DNA of 64,000 bases from Hemiscyllium ocellatum. Lineage: Eukaryota. Positions 26,440 to 38,357 of this stretch are shown here, piece by piece (position 1 is the first letter of the stretch; each line of letters starts with the position of its first letter). Under the pieces are notes generated by a model. That model searched no databases. It had not been told where the DNA came from and saw only the letters and a list, made by a program, of their open reading frames with translations. The position numbers and the translations under genes were made by a program. Location of the stretch: positions 80,537,731 through 80,601,730 of the forward strand of contig NC_083404.1 of NCBI RefSeq assembly GCF_020745735.1. The letters are read 5' to 3'.

Positions 26440-26772
26440 AGAGGTAGGGACAATGAAAAAGCTGGGTATTACTTGTACAGAGAACTACTGCAGAAAACAT
26501 GCAAAGACATGCCAGAGGATGCCTGGAGGCCTGGCACTCCAACCACAATGCCGTGAACAAACACATAGATCTAGATGCTATCTATCAACCCCTCAAAACA
26601 AACAGGAAATGATATCACCACAAACCCCAGGAACCCCATCCAGGAGAAAGATAGAAATAGAAAGCAGGAGCCAACAGTTTCGCTTCACTTGGAAGTTGCC
26701 ACTGATGTTACCTAGCCAGGTAATGAAACGTCTGGATATCAAACCTACAGGTCAGCGGGCAAACCTACACAC
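26440..26772 (+). mobile_element. Penelope-like (Poseidon-type) GIY-YIG C-terminus and 3' end with decayed hammerhead (26699-26735)
   Basis: Frame reads RHARGCLEAWHSNHNAVNKHIDLDAIYQPL; cca-CUGAUG[-]-uuacc(uagcca)gguaa-u-GAAA-CG-UC-ugg. Confidence 0.8.
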
Positions 26773-27758
26773 TACTGCAGAATTCAGGGGTGTAGATTAA
26801 CCTATGTTGTTTATATTAACTAGAAACATTTGATGAAGTCTTACATACAAAACTGTTAATAGTTAGAAGGCCACAAATTGAGGGCAAATTACTGACGTGG
26901 CCACAAATTTGGTTACGTGATAGGCGAACAAAGTAGGTATACTGTGTAGGTACTCGAATTGATAGATCCCAAAGGGACAGGGCCTATTATTCATATTATT
27001 CATTAGCTACCTGTAAAATGGCAGAACGCGCCATATGTCCAAATTGGGTGATGACACAAAGTTAGGGTGAATTGTTGACAGTACAGAGGTTAGCATAAAG
27101 TTAAAGAGATATTAATACACTAAATAAATGGGCAAAACATAGCAGATGTAATCAAGTATGAGGTTTTCCATTTTAGACTGAAAAAAATAGATCAGGTACT
27201 TTCTAGATGATATGAATTTAAATACACAAAGCCCAAAGAAATTTGGGGATTCAGTTGCATAGATATTTAAAATGTTACAAACAGGTACAGAAGATAAGGA
27301 GGCTAATGGAATGTCTGCCTTTCCACCTAAGGTACTGGAGGATGCAGAAATTATACAAAACTCTGGTTTGATCCCACTTGGAGCACTGAGCGCACATTTA
27401 GGAGTCATATAACACAGAACCAGACCCTTCGGTCTAACTCGCCCTTGCCAACCAAGTTTCCGAAACTAAACTCGTCCCTTTTTCCTGCATTTGACCCATA
27501 CCCCTCCTCTAAACTGTCGGATTCATGTACCTATCCAAACACCTTTTAAATATTGTAACTGTATTTGCATCTACCACTTCTGACAGTTCATTCCAGATGT
27601 GAACCATCCTGCAAGGGAAAAAGGTTGCCCCTCTGGTTCCTTTTAAATCTCTCCTCTCACCTTAAAAATATGCTCCCTAGTTTGGAGCTGCCCTATCCAA
27701 GGGAAAAGGCCTTTGCTATTTACCTTATACATGTCCATCATTTTATAAACCTCTAAGG

Positions 27759-28314
27759 TGCAATGATGCTGTCACTTTAACAAGATTATTTTGTCCTTGG
27801 GTTTTTTCTTAAAAAGAGACACCGTAAAGGCAGAAGTGTTGAGGAAGAACCTAATTTAACGATGGCAGGGGAGTGCCAATTTCTCCCAGTCCAGGTTTTT
27901 TTCTAGTCTGGCTTAGTTGTGTCAGTCACAAGATGCTGGAGTCCAGGAAGATTGCAAACTTCAGCAGATGATTCCTGACTGACTTTGCTCTCTGAAGTCT
28001 CTTTGGATATTGTTTCCTCCTATCTGCAACAATCTGTGTTTCAATGCACCTTTTTGCCATGGTCTGTGTTTATGGGATATTACTGGATTGGAACGGTTCC
28101 TGAGTTAAGTTGCTGTATTAGGGTGGTTAAGTTATTCTAAATTCGGTTTTCTTTTGTGTTTCAACTGTGGTGTTTAAATAAATTGTTTTGCATAAAGCGG
28201 AGTGATTTAGCCATCATACCCGAGATATCCACTTCACATCTGCCTTTAAAATAAGAAAAAGAAAGAGTCTAGGCTACCTTAAAATATTGACGGCATTTGG
28301 CCTGGTCCATTACA
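27759..28314. mobile_element. Solo LTR (Gypsy-like), 556 bp
   Basis: TGCAATG...CATTACA inverted termini, 4-bp TSD AAGG (27755-27758 and 28315-28318), internal AATAAA at 28177. Confidence 0.75.
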
Positions 28315-28461
28315 AAGGTCACCTTTCCACCACTGTGAAAGAAGTCTCAGCCTACCCTTATAACTCAAACCATCTGTCTCGGCAATATTCTGGTAAATAT
28401 TTTTGAACCCTCTTGAATTAAATAATATCCTTCCTATAGCAGGGTGACTAGAACTGTACAG

Positions 28462-29462
28462 TCTTTAGCACTGGCACTCCCTCGCACACAAGAATTACTC
28501 TCTTCCACACTCAAGGTAAGGCCAGTGGTGACTGTATAGTCCAACGCAGCTTCTGCAGACTTTGTCACACCTAGGGAAAAAAATGGTCATGGAATATTGG
28601 TATGGTAGCACATTCCTTACTGTTTTTGAATGGCTTCTGCTTGCTCTCTTGATGGCAAATCTTGAGGCATTTGACACCTTTCTGGATGCTCCTCCTCCAC
28701 TTTGGATGGTCTGGGCTAATGATTACCAGGTGCCAGTGGGAATTTTGTATTTTGTCAGCGAGGCCTTGGGGGTATCCCTGAAGTGTTTCCTCTGACACCT
28801 GGGGCTGGGAGCAGAGTGCCTGTTAAGGGGGTCTCATGTCGGTCATTGGATGCCATGTCCAACCCATCGTCACTGATCAAGGGTGATCAGTGCATCGATG
28901 CTGGGGTCATTGACCTGGTCAAGGACATTGGTGCTGGTGGGTCTGTCTTCTCAGCAGATTTGCAGGATCTTGCTCAGGCAGTATTTGTGATGCTGCCCCA
29001 GTGCATTGTGATGTCTGCTATAAACAATTTACGTCTCAGAGCAACATAGGAGGATGGTTGCCACCATGAGCTTGGTGTCAGATCAGATGTTGTCCTCGAA
29101 CACCCTTTTCCTCAGGTAGCTAAAGGTTGCGCTGGCACACCGGAAGTGGCACTGCATCCCTTTCATCAATATCTGCTTGGATCTACCGGACACTCCTGAG
29201 ATTTTGGAAGTGTGTCTGTCTAACTATGGACCCCAATGATCAGGGATTTGCTCCGTAATGCTAAGCAGGGTTGGTGATGACCTTTGTCCTGCAGACATTC
29301 AAGACAAGACCCATCTCTCTCATGCCTCTGTAAAAATGTTGACAATGGTCTGTCGTTCATCCTGAGTTTGCACAAATGCAAGTTTCATCCACATACTGCA
29401 GCTCGATGATTTTGGTTTTGACTTGGAAGTGGTGGAGGTTGAATAATTTTCCACTGGTTCTG
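28462..29462 (-). mobile_element. RTE-clade (BovB-like) LINE 3' fragment
   Basis: YRTSGKLFNLHHFQVKTK..ELQYVD and DHPKWRRSIQKGV peptides typical of RTE ORF2. Confidence 0.75.
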
Positions 29463-29759
29463 TACACAGTACTTAAAGTGGCCTCACCAACATCCTGTAC
29501 AATCTCAACATGACCTTCTATACTCATTGGTTTGAGCAATGAAGGCAAGCATACTAAACACCTTCTTCACCACCATCTACCAGTGATTCAACTTTCAAAA
29601 AACAATGTATCTGAACCTTGAGGACTCTCTGTTCAATGACAATACCCCTGCCTGACCATTAACTGTATAAATCCTGCCCTTGTTTGTTTTACCAAAAAAC
29701 AATACCATGCATTTATCCACATTAAACTCCATTTGCTACTTCTCAGCCCATTGGCCTTT

Positions 29760-31070
29760 TAGGGAGTACGACATATATTTACAAGAATGATACCTGAACT
29801 TTAAGGGTTAAGTCGGAGAAGAGACAAAAGAAATGAGGCCATTTTTTCCAGAATTTAGAATATTAAGGGGCATTCTGAATAAACTTTCAAGTTATCAATG
29901 GGAAATGATAGGCCAGATAAGGATGAACTATTTCCACTGTGTGGATTCCAGAACTAGGGTCAGATGTTCAGGAGAGATGTTAAGAAGCATTTTTATACAC
30001 AAAGGATGATAGATGATTGAAACTTTCTTTCAAAGGCAGCACTGGATGCTAGATCAGTTGTTAATTTTAACAAAAATTGGTCTAATTCTGACTTAAGCAA
30101 AGGTATTAAGGGATATAGGACAAAGCCAGGTACATGCAGGTAGGCTTCAGATCAGCCATCATCATGGTGAGTCCTGAGGGTTTGAATGGCCTACTCATCT
30201 TTTTGTGCTCCAAGTGCATGTGCCACAAAATTTAATATGCACATACAGCAAAGTAGTCAAGACTAATCAAATGTTATTCTTTATTTGAAAGAAGAATGTT
30301 TGTTTCAGTTATGTAGGACACTGGTGAGACCAGATCTTGAATACTGACCAAAAAAAAACCCATGCTGCAAATCTGAAACAAAAACAAATTGCAAGAGAAA
30401 CTCAACAGGTATGGCAGCACCTGTAGAGAGAAAGTGGAGTTAATGGATTGGGTTCAGTGCCCCTTCGTCAGAACAGGACGTGTGTCACTGGACAGCAAAC
30501 ATTAACTGTTTTATCTCCAAATGGTACCAGACCTACTGAGCTTTCCCAGCAATTTCAGTTTTTATTCCTGAATACTGAGAGCAGTTTAGTCTCTTAAAGA
30601 ATGGTGTAAATGCATTGGAAACAGTTCAGACATGGCTTACTAGATTGGTACCTGGAATGAATGAGTTGTATGAGGAAAGGTTAGGCAGATGGAGCTGGTT
30701 TCAACTGAAGTTCAGAAGAGCAAAGGGTGACTTACTGAAATAGACAAGATCCTGAATGGCCTTTATGAGATAGATATGGTAGGTATGTTACCTGTTCTAA
30801 TGAGCCCAAAACTAGGAAGTACTACTTAAAAAAGTGAGCAGTCAGCCTTTTAGGACAGATGAACGCACTTTTTTTTTAAATTGCGCAAATGTAGAGCTAC
30901 CTTCTTCGGAAGGTGATGGAGTCTAGATTATTGAATAATTTTAAGGCAGATGTTAATTCATTTACTTTACAAGAATCTAAGATTGTGAATAAAATGTGGA
31001 AATTGAAATCAACAGATTAGCCATAATTTTATGGCAGCGTGCGCGCTCAAGGGAGCTAAATGGTACTAAT
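29760..31070 (+). mobile_element. Two degenerate CR1 3' fragments; the second is interrupted by a PLE insertion
   Basis: RTLVRPDLEY-like and ETVQTWLTRL-like remnants and CR1 3' UTR motifs. Confidence 0.65.
30348..30568. mobile_element. Inverted pair of Penelope-like 3' ends (family C) with 10-bp TSD
   Basis: TSD tgaatactga at 30338-30347 and 30569-30578; degenerate arms; decayed hammerhead guu-CUGACGA-agggg...ccc...uuaac on -. Confidence 0.7.
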
Positions 31071-31150
31071 CCATATTTCATGAGTAACCTTTTCAACCTA
31101 GGAATCGATCCAATCAATCTGTTCTGAATTACCTTCAACATAGGTATGGT

Positions 31151-31460
31151 GGACAGCACGGTGGCTCAGTGGTTAGCACTGCAGCCTCACAGTGCCAGGG
31201 ACCTCGGGTTCAATTCCAGCCTCTGGCAACTGTGTGCGGAGTTTGCACATTCTCCCTGTGTCTGCATTAGTTTCCTCTGGGTGCTCAGGTTTCCTTCCAC
31301 AATCCAAAGATGTGCAGGTCAGGTGAATTGGCCATGCTAAATTGACTATAGCGTAAGGTGCATTAGTCAGGGGAAATGTAGAGAAATAAGGGAATGTCTG
31401 GGTGGGTTACTTTTCGAGCGTTGGCGTGGACTTGCTGGGCCGAAGGGCCTGTTTCCACAT
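31151..31460 (+). mobile_element. Full-length shark tRNA-derived SINE (HE1/V-SINE-like)
   Basis: A box TGGCTCAGTGG, B box GGTTCAATTCC, V-domain-like core, and 3' tail matching the CR1 3' UTR (gggccgaagggcctgtttcc). Confidence 0.85.
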
Positions 31461-31544
31461 GATAAAGGTTCAAAGGAAGTGTATGCTTCCATTAACAAAC
31501 TGTGTGCAATATCCTTGGTGAGATCTCATCAATCCCTGTACGAA

Positions 31545-32510
31545 TAGAGTCACAGATGTATAGCACGGAAACAGACCCTTCAGTCTAACTCGTCCATGTC
31601 AACCAGATATCCCAACGTAATCTAGTCCCATGTGCCAGCAGCTGGCCCATAACCCTCCAAACCCTTCCTACTTGTATACCCACCCAGATGCCTTTTAAAT
31701 GTTGCAGTTGTACTAGCTTTCACCCTTCCTTTGGCAGCTCATTCCATACACGTACCACCCACTGCGTGATAAAATCACTCCTTAGGTGTCTCGCCCTAAA
31801 CCTAGGCCCTCTAATTCTGAACTCCCACACACCAGGGAAAATACCTCATCAATTTACTCTATCCATTCCCTTATGATTTTAACACCCTCTATTAGGTCAC
31901 CCCTCAGCCTTTGACGCGCCAGGGAAAACAGCCCCAGTTTATACAAACCTCTCCCTATAGCTCAAATCCTCCAACCCAGGCAACATTCTTGTAAATCTTT
32001 TCTTGTAAATCCTTTCAAATTTCACAACATCCTTCTGATAGGAAGGAGACCAGAATTGCATGCAATATTCCAACAGTGGCCGAACCAATGTCCTGTACAG
32101 CCGCACATGACCTCCCAATTCCTATACTCAATACTCCGACCAATAAAGGAAAGCATACAAACGCCTTCTTCACTATCCTATCTACTTGTGATTCCACTTT
32201 CAAGGAGCTATGAACCTGCACTCCAAGGTCTCTTTATTCAGCAACACTCCCTCAGACCTTACCATGAAGTGTACAAGTCCTGCTAAGTTTGCTTTCCCAA
32301 AATGTAGCACCCCGCATTTATCTAAATTAAACTCCATCTGCCATTTCTCATCCCATTGGCCCATCTGGTCCAAATCCTGTTGTGATCTGAGGTAACCTTC
32401 TTCTCTGTCCACTACACCTCTAATTTTGGTGTCGTCTGCAAACATATTAATATGCTCACATCCATATCATTTATGTAAATGTAAAGCAGTGGATCTAGCA
32501 CTGATCCTTT
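31545..32510 (-). mobile_element. CR1 LINE (RT C-terminal part to 3' end)
   Basis: FADDTKIRGVVDREEGYLR...WQMEFN (ORF 32200..32445). Confidence 0.9.
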
Positions 32511-32979
32511 TGACACGAGCTTTCAACTTCATATTCCACTCATTTTACAATCATGTCAAACATTTGAATTGTACCTTTTGGAAAATACTTTATAGTTTTC
32601 TATTCTTTATTTGCCATCATGCTACCCACACAATCCACATTTCTTTACACCCTCTTTGTATCCATTCCCATTTATATCTGCCCTGTCAACAATCTTAAAT
32701 ATATTACACTCAGTCTCATCTAAATCATTAACTTAGATGGTAAGCAGCTGAGGACTTTGCACAGACACTTGTGGTATACCAGTTAGTCTGCTAACTTGAA
32801 AACCCTGTTTCTCCTAATGTCATACTTCCTACCCATTAACCAACTCATCAACCATGCTTATGTATTGCCCCCAGCTCCAAGAGACCTTACCCTTCCATTT
32901 TTTGTACAACAGTTTATCAATTTGTTCTTTGTCATTGACTCCCATTTACATTTTTCTCTACCATCTATCACGTTTCTTG

Positions 32980-34290
32980 TGTGACGAGATGCCACACAAC
33001 AGACTGCTGCATAAGGTATGGATGCATGGCGTTACGGGTAAAGAGTTAGCATGGATAGAGGACTGGTTGACTAACAGGAAGCAAACATGTGCTATTCTGG
33101 CTGGCAATGACGAGTGGTGTATCACAGGGATCAGTGTTGGGACCACAATTACTCATAATTTATATAGATGATTTGGAGTTGGGGACCACGTGTGCTGTGT
33201 CAAAGTTTGCAGATGACACTAAAATGAGTGGCAGAGCAAAGTGTGCAGAAGACTGGAAAACTTTGCAGAGGAATATAGATACTTTGAATGAGTAGGCAAA
33301 GGTCTGGCAGATGGAATACAATGTTAATAAGTGTGAAGTCATCTATTTTGGTAGGAGTAACAGTAAAAAGGATTACTACTTGAATGGTAAAAAGTTGCCG
33401 CATGCTACAATGCAGAGGGGTGTCCTTGTGCATGAATCACATAGGGTAAAAAATGAGATCTGCAGATGCTGGAGATCACAGCTGAAAATGTGTTGCTGGT
33501 TAAAGCACAGCAGGAAGGGCTTATGCCCGAAACGTTGAATTTCCTATTCCTTGGATGCTGCCTAACCTGCTGTGCTTTAACCAGCAACACATTTTCAGCA
33601 TGAATCACATAGGGTTGGTCTGCAGATACAACAAGTAACTAGGAAGGCAAATGGAATTTTGTCTTTTTTTGCTAAAGGGATTGAGTTTAAAAGTAGAGAG
33701 GTTATATTGCAGTTGTACAGTGTGCTGGTGAGGCCACATCTGGAGTACTGTGTGCAGGTTTGGTCTCTTTACTTGAGAAAGGATGTACTGGGACTGGAGG
33801 AGTTACACACGAGATTCACTGGAGAATCAAAGGTTGATTCCAGAGTTGAGGAGGTTGACTAGTGAAAAAAGCCTGAGTAGACTAAGATACCATTCATTGG
33901 AATTCTGATTGGGGGGGGGGGGGGGGTTGGTATCTTATAGAAATAAAAGAAATTATGAAGGGAATAGGTAAGATAGAAGTGGAGAGGATGTTTCCACCGG
34001 CAGGTGAAACTAGGACAAGATGGCATAGCCTCAAAATTGGAGGGAGCAGATTATGGACTGTATTGAGAAGGAACTTCTTCACCCAGAGGGTTGTAACTCT
34101 ATGGAACTGCTTGCCCAGTGAAGTAGTTGATGCTACTTCAGTGAACGTTTTCGAAGTAAAGATAGATTTTTTTTAAAACAATAAAGGAATTCAGGGATTA
34201 GTAAGTGGTTCTGAGCCCACGAAAAGATCAGCCATGATCTTATTGAATGGTGAAGCAGGCTGGAAGGTAGCCTACTCCTAGTTCTTATCC
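32980..34290 (+). mobile_element. CR1 LINE interrupted by a PLE insertion; G16 run at 33911-33926
   Basis: TSGVSQGSVLGPQL...KFADDTK and LVRPHLEYCVQVW. Confidence 0.9.
33448..33597. mobile_element. Short inverted Penelope-like insertion (family A) with 16-18-bp TSD
   Basis: TSD (gc)atgaatcacatagggt at 33430-33447 and 33598-33615; a tailed copy on - followed by a tail-less copy on + that starts at hammerhead stem II. Confidence 0.9.
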
Positions 34291-35039
34291 TGAACTCAAA
34301 TCAACAGTGTACGACATTCTTTCCCAGTTCTATGAATTCGTTAGTTACATATACAACGCCTCATTTAGCAAAATGTTTGAATCCTGAACATTTTGGCGGG
34401 CGCCAGAAATAGAAACGTTTGAATCTGCTGAAAAGGTGCCGCTACAGATCTAGCCCAAGCAAATCACACACCAGATATAAAATTGTTAAAAAGACGAAAC
34501 CAAAGTTCACGTTTCGTGCTGCTGAAAGTTGACTAGAGATAGACCATTTTTTTCCAATCTGTATGAATGATGCTTACGTCAAAAATCCCAAAACTCATAA
34601 CAAAACGCCCCATAACAAATAGAGAAAAAATACGACTAAACCATAGTCAAATATTCGCTCGCAATCCCGAAACTCCGTCAATCTAAAAAAATCAGACGCA
34701 GCAACTTTTTTTTCAATTGATTAATACCGTTACTTCCCCTTTGTCACAGCTGCATTTGTGAATTACGCATCACAGTCACAGGATTTTGTAAATAAACTCA
34801 ATATCTAAAACACCTTAAGGAGAAAAAAAAACTGCCCTATCACAAATACTCTACAATACAACTAAACAACGCGAAAAAACATTTTCTCCAGATGTGTGCG
34901 GTTCGAAAAAAAACACCTACGTTAAAAAAAAAGACTTTCGTATAAATAACACCGGGTCATACAGGTTACTGTGTGTATTACCAACACATGGAGCAAGAAA
35001 CCCCCCGCCCGCTCCCCTCTGAACACCCCAACAATACAC

Positions 35040-35470
35040 ACATTTTCAGCTCATGTACAAAGTCTCCGCCACACCAACAGCCCAACAGGCGGAAACAAAA
35101 CCAACTTCCGTTCCGAGGGACTGGGGACGGCGCAAACTGGAGGCCGCCCAGGGACAGTTCCTCGGGCCGGCACGCATCCTCGGAAAGTGCTACCCCACCT
35201 CCCATTGGAGTTGGGCCGCGGCTTTCGGGTCTTGGCCCGGACTAAGAGCCAGGCCGACATCCGGCCGCGCTCCCCGCCTGCTCCCGCTCACTCCGACCTC
35301 GCCAGCCCCGCTCCCCTCCTGGTTTCCCCCCCTCCGGCTCACTCGGACCTCGGCAGCCTGTCATCTTGCTCCGACCCAGGGAACCGGCGCCGACTCGGCC
35401 GCTCGCTCGTCACTTCCGGTCTGTCGTGCCCACCATGCGCGCATGTGCATCTGCTTACCGTTTGGGTCAT
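35040..35470. promoter_or_regulatory. CpG island / UBE2V2 promoter with ETS-half-CRE motif (CCGGAAGTGACG, 35408-35419) and NRF1-like GCGCATGTGCA (~35439-35449)
   Basis: Sharp local rise in GC and CpG; the motifs lie just upstream of the ATG on the minus strand. Confidence 0.75.
35349..35364 (-). CDS. UBE2V2: UBE2V2 exon 1 coding part (MTGCR + G; donor choice ambiguous)
   Basis: caagATG in the CpG island; 16-nt phase-1 exon like mammalian MAVST(G); alternative phase-1 donors would end the exon at 35343, 35298 or 35292. Confidence 0.6.
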
Positions 35471-36059
35471 GGGCAGTGGGTGATCCCTGCACCTGGAGTA
35501 TGTATACTCACCTCCTACTTTTCATCGTCTCTCACTGCGGCACTCACACCTTCATAAAGTCTGCACAACTCCATTGTCAAGTGCCCTACAATCTAACCTT
35601 TCAGGATGGCCTGCAGTCTCCAGTAATTGAAAACCAATCTTCAGAACACCGCTGTGCTCAAACTTGGGAGAAAAATCATGATGGGAAATAATTTTTTGTT
35701 GTTTTCATGTAATCTTTATCCATAGCAGGCGCAAAAGATACTTAAAATACGGAGAGGGAGAACGCTTGTCAAATATAATCCAATTTCGTAACGATACTTT
35801 GCTTTTCAATTGTCATAGCAAGACATTACCACAAAAGGATAGATGCATAGGCTAATTAATAAGACCATAAGAAGCGGAAGCAGAATTGTCCATTTGGTCC
35901 ATCTAAACTGCTCCACCATCTAGTGAGACCATGATTGATCTGATAATACCACTTTCCTGCTTTATCCCAATAAGTGTTGAGTTCTTTACTGATTCAATGT
36001 CTATCTCAGCTTTTGAATACACCAGCTTCAACAGCACTCGATGGTAAATTATTGCACAG

Positions 36060-37130
36060 AACAAGGAGGAAAAACATACTCGACAGGACCCTCACCAATC
36101 TACTTGCAACAGATGTATTTTTCTATGACAGTATCATTACACAGTCCTTGAGATGAATGCCTAACTTCACATTGAGAATAACTTAGTACAACCATTCTAA
36201 ATGGAAAGACTTTGAATGTATCTCTATGTGGTGGGCCATCAGCAGCAACAAAGTCATTCTCCAACATAATCTGCAATTTGTCAAATGCCCCCACTCAATC
36301 ATTCAAATGAAGGAATCAATCCTAGTTCAATGAAGAATGTATGCTAAATCACTAGGCATACTTGAAAAAGAAGTGTCAACTGGTGAAGCCTTATGAAGAC
36401 TACTTATACATCAAACAGAATAAATGGCAAGTGATAGACACAGTTAATTGATTCCACAACACCAGATCAGATTTAAGCTTTTAGTCCTGCCAAATACAGT
36501 TGTCAAAGGTGGTAGAACATTAACTCATTGGAAAGGAGGCTCTACAAATATCCCCCTTCACAATAATGGGACAGCCCAATATATCAGGCAAAAGACAAGG
36601 CTGAGGTATTCACAACAATCTTCAGCCAGAAGTGGATGATACATGTCGGCCTCTTCCAGTGCTTTCTAGTATAACAGACATTACGCTTCAGACAATTTGA
36701 TTCACTCCACATGAAGTGAAGAAAGAAGTGAGGAACAACTGATTTAGATTTAACAACACTCCAGCAATAGTACTAAAAATTTGTACTCGAGAACTTATGA
36801 CAAGCTATTACAGTATAGCTACAACATTGGATCTACCCATAATGTGGAAAATTACCCAGGTACATCTTGTACACAAAAAGCAGGGCATGTTAACTTGGCC
36901 AATTACTGCCCTATCTCTATTCTTGATCCTCAACAGTGGTATCATAGAATCTGCTTAGCAACAATCTGCTCACTTGCTCCCATTTTGGGTGACTCAGCTT
37001 ATTACAGTCTTGATTTGTACATGGACAAAAGAAATGAATTCCAGAGATGAGGTGAGGTGAGAGGAGAGTGTCTTTGAGATCAGGGCCACTTTTGACTGAT
37101 GTGGTGTAAAGGACAAAACCGAAGTCATGG
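36060..37130 (+). mobile_element. Degenerate LINE fragment (second CR1/L2-like family; related piece at 48220-49070)
   Basis: TRRKNILD..LTNL, ANYCPIS and AFDRLWHQG / VPQRNLLG remnants. Confidence 0.6.
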
Positions 37131-38154
37131 ACATGGGCAAAAAAATGCAATAAAAGAGGCAAACAAAAACGATTTGAGACAAGGTGGAGGGCTGGAGAGA
37201 TCAAATGACAAAGATGATTCACGGTCCAAAGCAAAAGTAGTGGCAATGGGACAAGTTTAGAAACAACTTGCATACAATTATCATTCATTAGAGCAAATTT
37301 CCAGTAGTATCTAAAATTCTATCACCATTTACATAAGAATATAGTTACTAGAAAAGGTGAATATCAGTTTTCCAATAGCAAAACTGAGTTGTATCTACCA
37401 GGAAAGACAGAATAGTCTGGGTCTCCTTTCTCTGGAAAACAGAAAGCTGAGGGTTGACCCGCTAGAGGTCTTTAATAAAATTACAAAGGATTTAATATAG
37501 ATTGGAGAATATATTGCCATTTGTGGGAGGTTTAAAACCAGTGGTCATAAAACAAGATGGTTTCTAACTGCGAGTTGCAGTTGAGAATTGAACTTTGAAC
37601 ACTACTTTTAAAAACAAGCAGAGAACAAAAGACCAAAGCTTGCTGTTGGAACTGCTTGGAAAGATAATGCAAGTTAATTACAGCTCTAAGAAAACTGCAG
37701 ACGATTTGGCACCAAGCTGTTGCCAAGTTCAGAGATTGGCAGCTAGTTGGATGTTGAATTGGTCAATCAAGAGAACTAAGGCTGACTAGCCAACCACAGA
37801 AATCAAAGAATTAACTGATTCGGCCTGAGTTTTGGGCAAGAGGCAGTCTTGTTTTAGAAGCTTCTGGACGGGAACTGTTTTTGTTCTCTATTCTTATTCT
37901 CCAGTTATTAATTTGTTGTAAGTTCTAAGAGAAAAATCCCACTCTAAGAAATGACTCTCCAGTAGCTCTTCAGAATTCAAATAAGATGTGCAGTATCTGT
38001 AATAGAACCCATCATCATGAAGTGCATGAGAAGCTGAATAAGTTCTTGTTTCTATGGTAGGGGAGTCCAAAACTACAGGGCATACGTTTAAGGTGATAGA
38101 TTTAAAAGGCACCTGAGGAGCAACACTTTCAGGCAGAGGATAGTGCATGCATGT

Positions 38155-38357
38155 CACTTCTTTTGATGAGGGGGCAGTGCTTCGAAAGCTTGTGATTCCA
38201 AAAAAATGTTGTGTTTCAACAAATAAGGTTCCTGATGAAGAGCTTATGCTTGAAACATTGACTCTCCTGCTCCTTGGATGCTGCCTGACTGGCTGTGCTC
38301 TTTCAGCACCACACTCGTCGACTTTGATCTGCAGCATCTGCAGTCCTCACTTTCTCC
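38155..38357 (+). mobile_element. Two adjacent PLE 3'-end fragments (family B-like, then family A), each with a decayed hammerhead
   Basis: uUGAUGA-g-ggggc(agu)gcuuc-GAAAGCUU-guga at ~38163-38195; CUGAUGA-a-gagc(uuau)gcuu-GAAACAUU at 38232-38259; family A tail ends at 38357. Confidence 0.75.

Larger units (their letters stand above)
27400..29760 (-). mobile_element. CR1 LINE interrupted by a solo LTR and an RTE fragment
   Basis: CR1 sequence resumes collinearly after each insert (ctctaagg|...|aaggtcacc and gaactgtaca|...|ctgtacacagtact). Confidence 0.75.

Noticed and set aside
31151-31225. tRNA gene
   Set aside because: The A/B boxes continue into a SINE body and CR1-like tail, and there is no complete cloverleaf.
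34971-35691. Long ORFs (170 and 212 aa) on +
   Set aside because: These are stop-poor frames across the GC-rich CpG island, antisense to UBE2V2 exon 1, with no recognisable domain.
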